A DNA stretch of 63,759 nt, the filler included. It is 14 parts of 14 records of this genome, joined end to end, with 100 filler letters (N's around TTAATTAATTAA, not from the genome) between each part and the next. Parts side by side here need not be neighbours in the genome. Positions count along the whole stretch, not along the records: positions 1 to 3,447 come from SRR15195285_1023; positions 3,548 to 8,253 come from SRR15195285_1026; positions 8,354 to 12,953 come from SRR15195285_1028; 11 more parts are not named here. The stretch is one strand, 5' to 3'. Under the pieces are notes generated by a model that did no database searches, was not told the DNA's origin, and worked only from the letters and a program-made list of their open reading frames with translations. Shown here piece after piece: positions 1 through 11,400 of this stretch (the stretch's first letter is position 1; the number at the start of each line of letters is the position of its first letter). The translations under genes and the position numbers were made by a program.

Positions 1-1439
1 CATTGTTGGTGTGCACCCAGTTACTGATGCTGGTGCAGCAGGCTGGGGCCATTGGGTAGCTTTTGTAGCCAACAAACTCGCCGGGTCCCGCGAATACATC
101 CTGCTTGATTCGGACAACCACCCGGTACTGAGCTTCCGCGACACGGCGGTGTTGAACGCCTACACCAACGAAGCTGGTCTCAAGGCGCGCCTGTCGGAAC
201 AGCTAAACGCAGTGGATCTACTGTGCGCGATGTTCGAAGGAGAGGTCGATCTGCGGACACGAGTCGCTGAAAGCCTAATCGACGAGAAGCTACAGGTCTG
301 CTGCTGCAAGCCAAGCATTCAATTTCTGATCAATGCTCACACCACTTACCTGTGTGTGTGCGTTGGGGCAGGATTGCGAGAAACACCTTGCGAGCCGCAC
401 AGCGACTTCTGAGCAGGAGGCGGCCATGGCACAGCTGGAGCAATGGGTCCCTGCGGAGGAGCTAGCTTCAGGTATTGGTGCGTTGCTTGCTGAAGAGGGC
501 TTATCTGCGGAGGCGAAAGTTGATCAGATACGGGCATACGCAGCACAGAGAGGCATCCCAATCAGCGCTAGCGCTGGTGAGTCTGCCTGTGCTCCAAGAG
601 CCAGTGTCACGACTTTAGCGTGGAGTAACACGCTGATGTCATTTTGTGCGACACAGGAGACGATAGTGCGTTCATCGAAGCATTAATGTCATGGGGTGAC
701 TTCGATGCCGTCGCCTCTTGGCGTGGTGTTGATGGTATTCTCACCCAGCTCAAGACCCTTGGCACATACGGTGCGTCTCCAGTTTCAGCGACGTTTTCAT
801 TAAAACCACCTGTGCGAATCTGCGACAGTCAAACTGCAGGTCTGCACACACCGGAGTGCATTCGTGTGTTCGTGCACTGCAGTAACCGCGGGCAAGCGCG
901 CTGAGCTGCGCGACTGGGCGGGGATGCTGCGTCGCCGATGGGACAGCGCGGGACCAGGAGCAAGAGGCTTTGCAGCGGCGACTATTTCCGACACACCTGG
1001 TATGACCATGACACCTGATGTAGCAGCTTGTCGTTGTGTACCTACCGGCATAGCTCCAACTGATTTTTCAGTTTTCACTCTACAACCTAAAGTGACCTTC
1101 TGCCTTTCGCCTGTTGCCATCCGTGCCTGCTTGTCTCCGCACAGACGACGGGAGCAAGCTGGTCTGTCCGTTCTGGCTAGCACTGGCCGAGTTGGAGGCA
1201 GTGGTATGTGCTCCGTGTGTTCATAGCCACACATACTAGTCCACGCGTGCAAGACCCTGACAGATCTGCACGCGTCACTGGTGGATTTCGTTTTGTTTGC
1301 TGCTCGATCACCAAAGGTACTTGATGCACCACCAAAGCCGGAGCCAGAGCCAATGCCTGAACAGTCAGAGGCGAGCAATCCGGAGACAAAGCGCAGCGCC
1401 ATCGATGGATTCTTGTTCGCCAGCTTGTATGATATATGA
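1..1439 (+). CDS. Multi-exon hypothetical protein, 5' truncated at window start
   Basis: Overlapping + ORFs (11-412, 333-686, 644-904, 864-1226) can be joined through GT..AG introns (about 296-371, 578-656, 771-882, 1000-1144, and one more before ~1228). The last exon reads ...PKPEPEPMPEQSEASNPETKRSAIDGFLFASLYDI* (TGA 1437-1439). No family recognised. Confidence 0.5.
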
Positions 1440-1612
1440 ATGGACGAGGACAGCATTGCACTAGGCGCGAGGTGCATATTTCTGTTGCTAGGCTTTTTCT
1501 CAAGATCGAGGAGTAAAGGACACAAGATATCATGGTTCAACACGCACTAGCCCTACACTTACGAACGCCACGACTAGGTCGTCGTTCTTTATCAATCAAT
1601 TCAGAATCCTCC

Positions 1613-3369
1613 TCAGTCGGTCTTCGTCGCGCCTGCATCCTCCTTCTTCACACGCTGCTTTTCCCACAGCGCGGGCGACAGCTCCTTGCTTGTTGCAGGC
1701 GCCTGTCCCTGCGGCAGTTTTACTGGCATACAGTATCCCGGATCCCTACATTGCACGCACAACAGCTGGGTGTGAGCAGCACACTGAACACCGAGTCGAG
1801 ATAAATTGCGTCTCTCTGTGAGGAAGCCACCCAATTGCATGATCAGCTCACTTGCGCTGCTTCCTGAGGATGTCCAGTATCACGCTCCAGACATCGACGA
1901 ACCCATTGGGCGTGGGAGGTAAATCGTGTCGAATCGCCGAGTGGAGCTTTGGGAGGTGATAGCAAGGCTACGGTCGGCCCCAGAACGAACCAGACAGCAG
2001 AAGATTCGACACGCCGCCAAGCCATTAGCGAATTAGGGAAGATGCATTCAGCTTGCAACTATCACGAACGCAACCTGCCGGGCGCTGCATCACTATAGCT
2101 GATAGATTCTTACCACTGCCGCGTACATGTGGTGTTCGATGTGATAATTCATGTGCCAGTACCTGCTCCGGAAACAAGAACCTTGACCAGCAGTCACAAA
2201 CTATTGCAAACTTCCAATCGCAAAAAAAAAAAGTCCAGAGAATCGTTCCTAGGTACCAGAACTGTACGAGTCTTTGCGGCCAGGTAAGAGGGTTGAGACA
2301 TGAGGCATCAGGGTCGACGATGTGGAATGTCCGTGTTGACAGTCTGAAATCTGGCACCTCCTGTCACGGCAATCCATACATGCAGACAGGAGTAAACACG
2401 CATGCACGGACGCTAGCACGTGCGAAATAATGCACGATTGAGTGCTGCATGTACGCACCGTATTGTCCGCTGCGTTGCCGTGATGCATGCCGATGTGTTG
2501 GACAGAGTTGCAAGCGAGAAACGCCCAGCCCATGTAGAATGGGCCAAAGGAGACCATCACAGGGATGAGCCATAGCCTATTGTACAGAGACCATGCTGCG
2601 ATCGCAGCATGGCCAAGCAGCATGAACTGCGCCCATGCCATCGGCCGCCGTCTGTTCAGCAGTACACGCGTTGGCGTGAGGAAGGCATTAGAAAATGACA
2701 ATGGCATGGATGAGTGGCAGACTTGAGAGCAGGCAGCAACACAGCAGTAGTCGCAGTCACAGTTGCAGCGCACCGCAGTGTTGGGTCAGCCGGCGGGTAG
2801 CAGACCTCCTCCCACATTGGTGTCCACCACAAGTGCTTCGTTGGGTACACCCCTAACGCAGTCTTGACGGTTTGGGCGAGGATATCGTAACAGCCGAACA
2901 CGTTGATGAACGCGAAGTTGAGGTAGGCAGACAGGGTTGGGATGGTGGGCTGAGGGGCTTCCTGGTCATGCGGGAAGTTTTGGGTGTAGCGGTGGTGGCG
3001 GAAGTGGCTGGAAAAGAACATGTCTGGGTGGAGCCAGCCAAGAAAGGAGATCAACCGTAGGAAGAAGACCTGCAGAAACTGGGTTTTGAACACGAAGCCA
3101 TGCCCAAGTTCGTGCATTCCGTTGATCGCGAAGTTAGCTTGGCAACCGTAGAGGAGCACGAAGAGGAGCGAGAGCCACGCATTACCCTCCTGCTGGTGGT
3201 GGAGCGCGAGCCCGAACCAAGCTCCCAGCATCGCCAGCCAGCCACCTGCCTGGAGGAAACCCCGGACATCCGAGACGGCGTGCACCGCCCGGGACGTTTC
3301 TTTGGAGAGCGGTGTGCGGTGCCATTTGATTGTGTGGGGGTTCGTGCCTTTGGAGGCTTGCACGCCCAT
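1613..3369 (-). CDS. Membrane fatty-acid desaturase/hydroxylase family protein (multi-exon)
   Basis: His boxes HELGH and HFRHH in ORF 2656-3369, QH in the next exon, and YWHMNYHIEHHMYAAV at ~2115-2162. Later exons read PCYHLPKLH (~1855-1967) and DPGYCMPVKLP...KTD* (ends 1613). Hydrophobic TM segments; GT-AG introns. Confidence 0.85.
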
Positions 3370-3447
3370 CGATCCCTCGCCAGCAGGGGGCCGCCGCGGG
3401 CCGGCGCGTGCGTGCGTGCAACGAGTTAACCGGCATGCAAATATAGA

Positions 3448-3547
3448 NNNNNNNNNNNNNNNNNNNNNNNNNNNNNNNNNNNNNNNNNNNNTTAATTAAT
3501 TAANNNNNNNNNNNNNNNNNNNNNNNNNNNNNNNNNNNNNNNNNNNN
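3448..3547. other. Artificial contig spacer (N44-TTAATTAATTAA-N44)
   Basis: The same 100-nt six-frame-stop linker recurs at 8254, 12954, 23668, 27598, 32340, 36757, 40221, 43445, 50002, 53103, 57351 and 60636. Confidence 0.99.
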
Positions 3548-3716
3548 CTGGGTGGTGAAATCCTCAGAATCGATCTTTTTTTGGTGAATCATCGTCACGC
3601 CTCAGCTGTGCCGGTCTCACGCGCACCTCGCGCGCGCGGGTTGAAACTTGCATGGCCGAGCGCAGCTCGTGACCCTCTGCACTTCCCTCGCGCGCTGTTT
3701 TCGGGAGGGGTGACAG

Positions 3717-5355
3717 ATGTCCACGGACCTGGTGCAAAACCCGATGAACCTCACGGAGGATCCGCCGGACATCGAGCAGCAGCTGAAGGACGGCACACTG
3801 ACGGCGGAGCAGGCCGTGGTGAAGATGGAGCAGCGACTGCGGGCCGAGCGCGAGAGCTTAAGCGCTGAGCTCGCGGAGCTCCGCGCCGCGCTCGGTGGTG
3901 GCGCGGGCGGCGGGGTGAAGTCCGCGGTGGCTCGGCTCACAGAGGCGCCCGCAAATTTCCACCAGGCTTGCGTGCACTTTGCGGTGTCCGACGCGCCAGA
4001 GGACGTGGCGATGATGAAGGGCAACAAGACAGCCATGCTGTTACTCTCCAGTGGGCTGATGGTATTGTTTCAGACCGTCGCATGCATTGCGATGCTCGTC
4101 GGCGCGTTCCTTCCTTCGTGCTTTAGCAGCGACCAGTGCGAGCGAGGTGAGCCGCGCTCGGCCCGCCCACAATCTCTTCCTGCGTGGCGTCTCAGGTGCC
4201 CATGACAGTTGGTCGTTCTATGTAGGCAGCTGGTGCAATGTGGGTGGGACCGACCGCTGCATGTTCTGTGGCGTCGACACACCGCTGCCGCGGCAGGTCG
4301 CCCCTTCTGGCGCCAAACTAAATTGGGCGATCGACGAAGACTTTGCCGGCTTCAACCGCTCGCTTGTCGCAGAAACATGCGCCGAACCATACCTCGAACG
4401 GCTCGGATTGAGCGGTCTAGGTGTTGTGCGCTCCTACCCGCCGGGAGCTGTGGTCTCCTGGTGCGAAACGTGCAAGCGCAACGACGAGAGCATCGACCCA
4501 ACATCCGGCCCCGCTATCCGCTCGGCAAACGTCGCAGCTATGGGCCGCTACGACTGGATTGCGCTGGTGTTTGCGGCGTTTGTGGTCGCGTTTACTTGCG
4601 TCGGTGAGTTGAACGACATACGAGTCTGCTCGATGGCCATCGCGCAGGCGGGCGAGAAGCTCAGCCCAGGCTGGCGGTTCGTACTGAGCTTGCTCGGGGG
4701 TGTACGTCGCGGCATCTTTCTGCCCGCGTTGGTCATAATGGTGCCAGTGCTCGTCATGTGCGCTCCCCGATCGAATGTGCATAGCACTACCATCCCATTC
4801 TCCGACATCAATCATTTCGCGTGCGGCAGTCCTCAAGTGCTCATGTTGAGTGGAGCAGGTACAAACGGGGCGACGCCCTGATGGTCTGCTTCAACACCGT
4901 TGCCATTTTGTTTCTCTGCGAGATTGGTGAGTGCTCACTTGGAAGATTCCGCGTTCCCGTTCTAATTGTTGGCCACTTTTGTGCGCGCAGACAATATTGC
5001 ATTTCACCTCGGTCTGTCGGAGCGCGTCCGACTGCGGGTCCAGGACGTGGGGCGAGTGGCAATCGCAGATGTAGACGTGGCTCTTCTGAACAGGAGCAAG
5101 ACGTTGCACGTGAGCATGATTGTGCTGTACATCGTGGTGAGCGTCAGGCTCGCCACGATCGCCCCCAGCAAGAGCTTTTGGGGTGCGATATTCCTCTCAA
5201 TGTTCACCTTTCTGGTGGGCACAGTCGCGGAGCAGCTCTTTGTGCCGGGCGGGACTGCTGCCGAGGTGGCCGCGCGAGTCGGGAAGGCGGTGGTGGCGTG
5301 GTTGCTCAGCTGCATCACTGGCTGCATGCTCTTCTTCATCGGCGTGCGGGGCTGA
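3717..5355 (+). CDS. Multi-pass membrane protein with Cys-rich extracellular loop, unknown family (4 exons)
   Basis: Exons about 3717-4146, 4227-4757, 4859-4926 and 4991-5355, separated by GTGAG/GTGCG..AG introns. N-terminal coiled coil, about 7-8 hydrophobic helices, Cys-rich loop after the first TM. Confidence 0.7.
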
Positions 5356-6136
5356 GCGAGTGACGGCAAGTGTGCAACGAGTGAAGACCTTCTCGGGTGC
5401 TTAAGTGCAAACATTTGCACTCCAGTTCGCATAATTCTTACATACAGCAATTTTTGGCTCTTATCGTTAAAACTAACTTGTGCACACTGAAATTGTACTG
5501 TGCCCAAACTACAACCATCGAGATGCAACTATACGCATCCGGTCAACAGTAGTACTGGTACTAGCTATGCGTCAAGTCCCGCATCTTATACGTCAATGCT
5601 TGAATCTACTAATCTCTCTCAGTCACAAACGCATAATCATGCACTACGTGCACAACGCTGTCGGCAACTTGTAGGTTTCGCGCACGCCGAGCTTTTAGAG
5701 GCATTTCGCAATCCACCTGAGGCATTTTCTGCCTCTGTGTATAAACGGCTTTACACCAGACCAAATTGGTTGTGTTTACAATAAATCTCACATACCTAAC
5801 ACTCTTCGCAACACTCTTCGCATCATGCCTCATTGATTAATTTACGATTTTTAGCCCGAGTGCCCGTACGTTACCTTAAACTAACCAGAGAACTGCTGTC
5901 TATCGACGGTCTCTCCCGCTCGCTGCTACAGGGATGCGGAGTCCCTGACCTGGGCAACGCCGAAACGGCCCAAGCACAGCTCAATCGACGAGAGGGTGTT
6001 CTCGATGAGATCCACGAAACAGGCGAGAAGTGACAAGGAGCATAAGTGAGGTAGCGTGAGCGCTCGCAGACACCTTGATCGACAGCGGAAGCGCACAACG
6101 TCGTTGCAAAGAAATTGGGATTATTGTCACTATTGT

Positions 6137-7963
6137 TCACATTCCCGGGTTTTCGGTGTAGCTTGGGTTGGCCCAACCACACGCCATGGCATGCACTTGA
6201 ATGTCCGCTGTGATGTGTGCGGTGTGCGACCACAAAATGACTGCGGAGTCGGACGGTCTCCTCGGAGTTTTGTGCAGCCACGCTGTAGTGCCTGACCAGC
6301 GGCCACCTTGTACCTAAACGGCATTGGATAAAGGATGCGCTGCGCGTCAGACAAAGTCAGTTTCACAGCCATTGCAAGACTTTGTACGCACAAAGAAGTC
6401 GGCAAGAGATCGATCTGGCGTGATTCGGACGGTGAGCTCCGTCTCATCGAACAGCTGGATAGGTCCTGGTGCAATGAAAGGTTGGTCTTGACCCCCCGCG
6501 CGCGCTTGCACGAAGCGGGGTTTATTTGGTCTCGGTGAAGCATATGGTGCAGCTATGCCGGAGGCGGCATCACAAGTTCCAGTTGACACATGGCCCACTC
6601 GAATGGTGCTGTTGGTAGCACTTTGTCCGTCGATTGACGGAACCGCCTCGATCGTGATGGTGATTCCTAGACCCCCAAGCTGGCGTCCAGAGGAGAGCAC
6701 GCAAGCACCAAACACAGCTCGCGACTTGTTGGCGGCAAAGCCAGAGAATGAGAGTTCCACATCGGCTGAAGATGCAGAACCATTCTCGGTGCCCTTAACA
6801 ATATACGGCACGCTGGGCATCAGTGCAATTTCCTGGACCCTCGCCAAGACCCCCGTGCGCAAGCCCTTGAGCTCTGGTACTGGGTTTGATACCAGGTTCT
6901 TTGTCTGTAGGTCGTAGTTGACTTGCCGCAGGAGCGTCAAGCGCGTGAGCAGTCCGATTCCAGGGCCAGCTGGCGGTGGTACGGGCAGGTGTGGGTTGTG
7001 TGGGTTCGGTAGTCCACCGTAGTCTGGTTGAGCCCAGCCAATCATGAGCATGCGGTCGTTTGCGAACTGCGCGGCAAACCAGCGTGCGGTCCCACCCTCT
7101 AGATGTGCTTCGAGGCCGGGTATCTCACCACCAGGGCGGTAGTGTGCGAAGGTCTCATTTTCCCTATGGTAAGTACCAAAGAGGTACCGCTCTCCGCCAG
7201 CAATGTTGACGATGTGAGTAGGCTGCGTGGGTGGTGGGGCACCACCGATCTGATTGGGAACCGGTAGCCACCACTGGCCCCCATGCTCGCGCAGACCGCC
7301 AGTAAAATCTCCCTGGCTACGCCAGTAATGGAACGAGCTATCATTGGATTGGAAGCGTTTCCCTTGGGCAATGAAGTTCCAGTGGTCCCCATTCTTCCAC
7401 ACTGTCGACGGAAAATAGGTAGAGTTTCGTTTCGGAATGAACACCACAGGGTTGTTGGGCTCACGCGCCCATTTGAGCATGTACTTGTCGTTCGGGTCAA
7501 GCAGCCGTGCCACGCCAAGGATAGGGCTATCACCGAGTCCTGAGCCAAGTTCCTTGCCATCCTGCGCGTCATAAAGGATGACTGGCCCGCCATCTTCGAC
7601 TGGAAGCATGGAAATGGAACCATCCCACGTCTTGGTGGTGAGTGGCTGGATCGGAGGCGGCAGCCGTTGCCAGTGTATCAAGTCCCTCGAGATGACGTGG
7701 TCCCAGTGATTCTGACAACACTGGTGCCACAAGTGGTAGACCCCATGGTGGAATGTGATGCCACTGCAGTCATTGATTGGTTCCAGCGTAATGTTACCGT
7801 CGCCCGAAGTGCTTTTCGTGACGTTGCCGATAATGTGGAAGATCGGCAGCATGGGCTGGACAGCGTTCGGCTGGCAGGCAAGCGGGCTACGCGTGCTGTC
7901 CTGCTCCGCATAGCCTGATGCTCCAGCCAGCAGGAACGACAGCAGGAACCACCAGGTGTTCAT
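6137..7963 (-). CDS. Secreted glycoside hydrolase family 32 (beta-fructosidase-like), divergent
   Basis: Signal peptide MNTWWFLLSFLLAGASG. INDCSG matches the NDPNG nucleophile motif; also HWDHVISRDLIHWQRLPP, WDGS, RMLMIGW, LTLLRQV, PVPELKGLR and DRSLADFF. One intron (~6391-6314), then VQGGRW...NPGM*. Confidence 0.85.
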
Positions 7964-8439
7964 CTGTCGAGACAGGCAGCTCGTCTTGCTGATTCGTTGT
8001 GACGCTGTACGCAAGGCTTGCCGCGCCACCACCTGGTCTGACCTTAATGCATCGAAGGCCAAAAAGATACACGACGTTTGTCCCTTGGCTGTCGTCCACG
8101 TCGCTACGTCGGTCACGGGTAGCGCCGCAGCAGCAGCGCGCGCGCGCGCGCGCGCGCGGGCGGCGCGCCACTCATGCATTCAGCGCGTGCGCATGCACGC
8201 ACCTTGATTAAAGGCCATCACAATGTGATTCCCGGGTCGGGGTGCACAAATGANNNNNNNNNNNNNNNNNNNNNNNNNNNNNNNNNNNNNNNNNNNNTTA
8301 ATTAATTAANNNNNNNNNNNNNNNNNNNNNNNNNNNNNNNNNNNNNNNNNNNNAGATCCATCTCAGAATCAGTCAGGATTCCGTACTATATTTCTCAGTG
8401 AGTTTTCCGTGTTCCAGCCGGTGACGGTTGGACGTCGGG

Positions 8440-11400
8440 ATGGCGGGCGATGATGGGATGATGATGGGCGCGGGGGAGCAACCATCGCTTGATCTGGCAG
8501 CCGCGTCGGCGCAGGCGCGGCAGGCGATTGAGCAGGACGAGGTCTTCGGCGAGCTCTTGGGGCTGCTTGGGGAGCCGGCCGCTGCGGCTGTGGAGGCGTC
8601 GATCGCAGCGCAGCCTGCTTCGGTTCTCCCGATGGCGCCGAGTGCCGTTGACGACAGCTTTGGCGGAGAAGCGGCGGGGGCGACGGCAGCGCGGGTGCAA
8701 AGTGCTACGGCAGCGGCGCGCGTGAGCACGGAGCTGGATAGTGCGGTCAGTCCGACTGTGAGCGACGATGGGTTTGCGTACGAGGAAGTTGAGGAGGTGT
8801 CCGACTCGGATGGTGACGAAAGTGATACATTGCACCTGTCCGGCGCCTCAACAGCCACGCCTGCAGCCTCACTACCAGCGGCGGCCGGGAAAACTACGGC
8901 GGCGACGTCGCGGTCCTTGTTCGCACGAGACAAGCGGCGATCGGCGGATGTGCCAGCCGGTGCTGCCAGTGTCGTGCGTGGTGGCGCCGCGGAATCCACG
9001 CAGACTCTGCATGAGCGATACACCGAGCTGTCAGCGAAAATATTCCGCAAGGAGCACACGCCCGCTGAAGCAGCCGAAGCGGAGCGACTGGCAAACCTGC
9101 TGGAAGCGCAAGACTCTGCGGCAGAGCAACCTGCATCAGAGGATGACCTGCCACAGCGCGTGGCCAGGACTCCGGCCAGCATCGAAACAAAGCAGCAGCC
9201 AGCGACACCCTCAGCCTCCAGATACGAAGGCAGTGAATCTGTGAAGCGGCCAAGGGCCTCCGAACAACAAAATGGAAGCCACGGGTTGGCTGGCGGAGTT
9301 GCAAAGGTGTTAGAGAACGGTGACACGCGCTTGAACTTCAAAGCGCGGGGGCAGCTCGGCATCAAATTTGGAAAGGATGCTGGTGGGCACAGCGTCATCA
9401 CCAGCCTCGTGAAAGGTGGTCTTGCTGAGACCATGTGCAAAGCACATGGTGTGTCGATTCAGGGCAGCGAACGGTTGGTCTACGTAGGGGATGTGGAGGT
9501 ATTTTCAATGCTCTCGTCGAAGACCACCGAGGTGCTTAAAGCTGCTGCTGTCGCTCGACCACTGGTGCTTACCTTTCGTCCCACCGCGAAGATGTCTCCA
9601 CGCCGGTCCCCGCGGAACTCACAAGGGTCGCAGCGTTCTGTTCGTGCTACTCCAGGCGCTGCAAGCACCTCTAAGCCGGTGCAAATGACAGACGGTGACG
9701 ATAATAGTGCGGTGAGCGAAGCTGAGCAGGCTCGTGAAGATGAAATGAAAGCGGAGATCGCCACGCTACAAGCGCTTCTCGCTGCGAAAACGCGAGAGAA
9801 CAGTGAACTAGCAGAGAAGCACAGCACGCTGGCGGAGGATAGCAAGCAGAAAGAGCAACAGGCTGAAGTGCTTGGGCAGGCACAGCAAGTTGCATCTGTG
9901 TTGCAATCACATCTGTCCAAACTTGACATGGAGAACGAAGAGCTGCGGGCACAGCTGCAGCAAGCGGAGGAGCGAAGTAGATCCGATGCACAAGTCGCGT
10001 TGGAGGTTGGAATGCTCGTCAGGGTGATCTCAGATAGTGAGCACATCGGAAGAGAAGGCACGGTCCACATGATTGGGGGCGATACCGTGACCGTACTATT
10101 TCCTTACGAAGGTGGTGCTGGAACAGAGCCGGCTGATGCGGACGAGATCATGATGAGTGTCGTGTGTCCAGAGGGAGTGCAAGCCGGCGACCCGATCGAG
10201 ATCACGACTGCCGAAGGCGAGACCCTTGAAGTGGTCTTGCCACCTGGGGTGGCTGCTGGGGAAGAGTTCACCGTTTCGAGTCCAGCCAAACCTCGAATGC
10301 ATCAAAAGGATGGTGTACAAGTGGAATTTCACCGGGACGAACTGGAACTAGTTGGTGAATCCGATGATGTCTCCAGCACGCCGCAGAAAGGTGACTCGAA
10401 GAAGAAAAAGAAGTCCATGAAGCGCTTCGACCCTTCCGGGTGGAAGAGCAAAAAGCAGCTTAAAGAAGAGGCAATGGAAAAGAAGCGCGAGGAAGAGGAT
10501 GCCGAGATGCAGCTGCTCGCAGAGCAGTCGTTTCACAAAGGCAAAGGGAAGATCAGCGCAGGCCAAGCTGACGCGTCGGCCAACAAACTGTCCAGGTGGA
10601 CTAAGCGGAAGGCCCCAGTGGAGAGCTCAGAGCCAGAGCTCAACCCGCTACAGGGCAGCTTTGAAAAGTCACTCTCTGCCCGGGCCCCAAGGATTCCTGC
10701 TGTCTCAGATTCTGCAACGAAGGCCTCGCCACCAAAGAAAATACGCGCCATAGGTATGGACCAGCTGGAAGCACAACTTAGTGGACTGCCGGACAAGGTA
10801 CAGGCAAATGTCCTTGAGCGGCTTCGCAATGAAGAGTTGCTTGTGTTTGAGGTACGAAGGCTGAAGCGAGAGGCACGTGAACGGCAACAACAGGACAATT
10901 TAGCCCGAGCGTGGCACGAGCAGTACAAAGATTTTGTGCAGCAGCTTACGCTTCTGGCAAAAGGCCGACTAGGGAAGGTAGAAGTGGATGAGGCTTTTTT
11001 AGGTGGGGAGCTAGCGGAGGAACAAGTTGCTGCGATCGAGCTCATACGCAAAAACATGCGGGCTGCGAAGGAGCGCGCCTCGCATTACCAGCGACAACTA
11101 AGCGAAACTGTCAAGACGAAAGAGAAGAACGAGACCATCCTGCATGAGATGGTGACGGATCCCAGTTTTGCTGCAGCAGGCTACGACCCAACTGGTTCGC
11201 CCGGTGGAGGCGATGAGGCCAGCATGCGGTCTGAGATCGCTCATCTGAAGCGTACGTTGAAAAACCGGGAGAAAATGGACCGCACGGCTAGGATAGTTTC
11301 CGCAGAAGCAGCGGTCGAACTGAACGAAATGCGAGAGAAACTGGAAGTTGCAGAGCACACAGCTAGCATGGCAAGGGACCAGGTGCGCAACGCTCGCCAG

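Noticed and set aside
3448-3547. Recurring TTAATTAATTAA flanked by N runs as a biological repeat or CRISPR-like array
   Set aside because: It is an identical synthetic six-frame-stop linker marking contig joins.
5400-6130. Short ORFs between the membrane-protein and GH32 genes
   Set aside because: No motifs or convincing exon structure; probably UTR or intergenic.
7964-8179. N-terminal extension of the GH32 ORF, including a (CG)n tract at ~8136-8158
   Set aside because: The signal peptide begins at ATG 7963; the upstream part is low-complexity leader or promoter sequence.
8373-9440. Long antisense ORFs (also 800-1543, 17965-19053, 19063-19803, 51350-52027)
   Set aside because: These are shadow frames of GC-rich coding sequence on the opposite strand, with no motifs.
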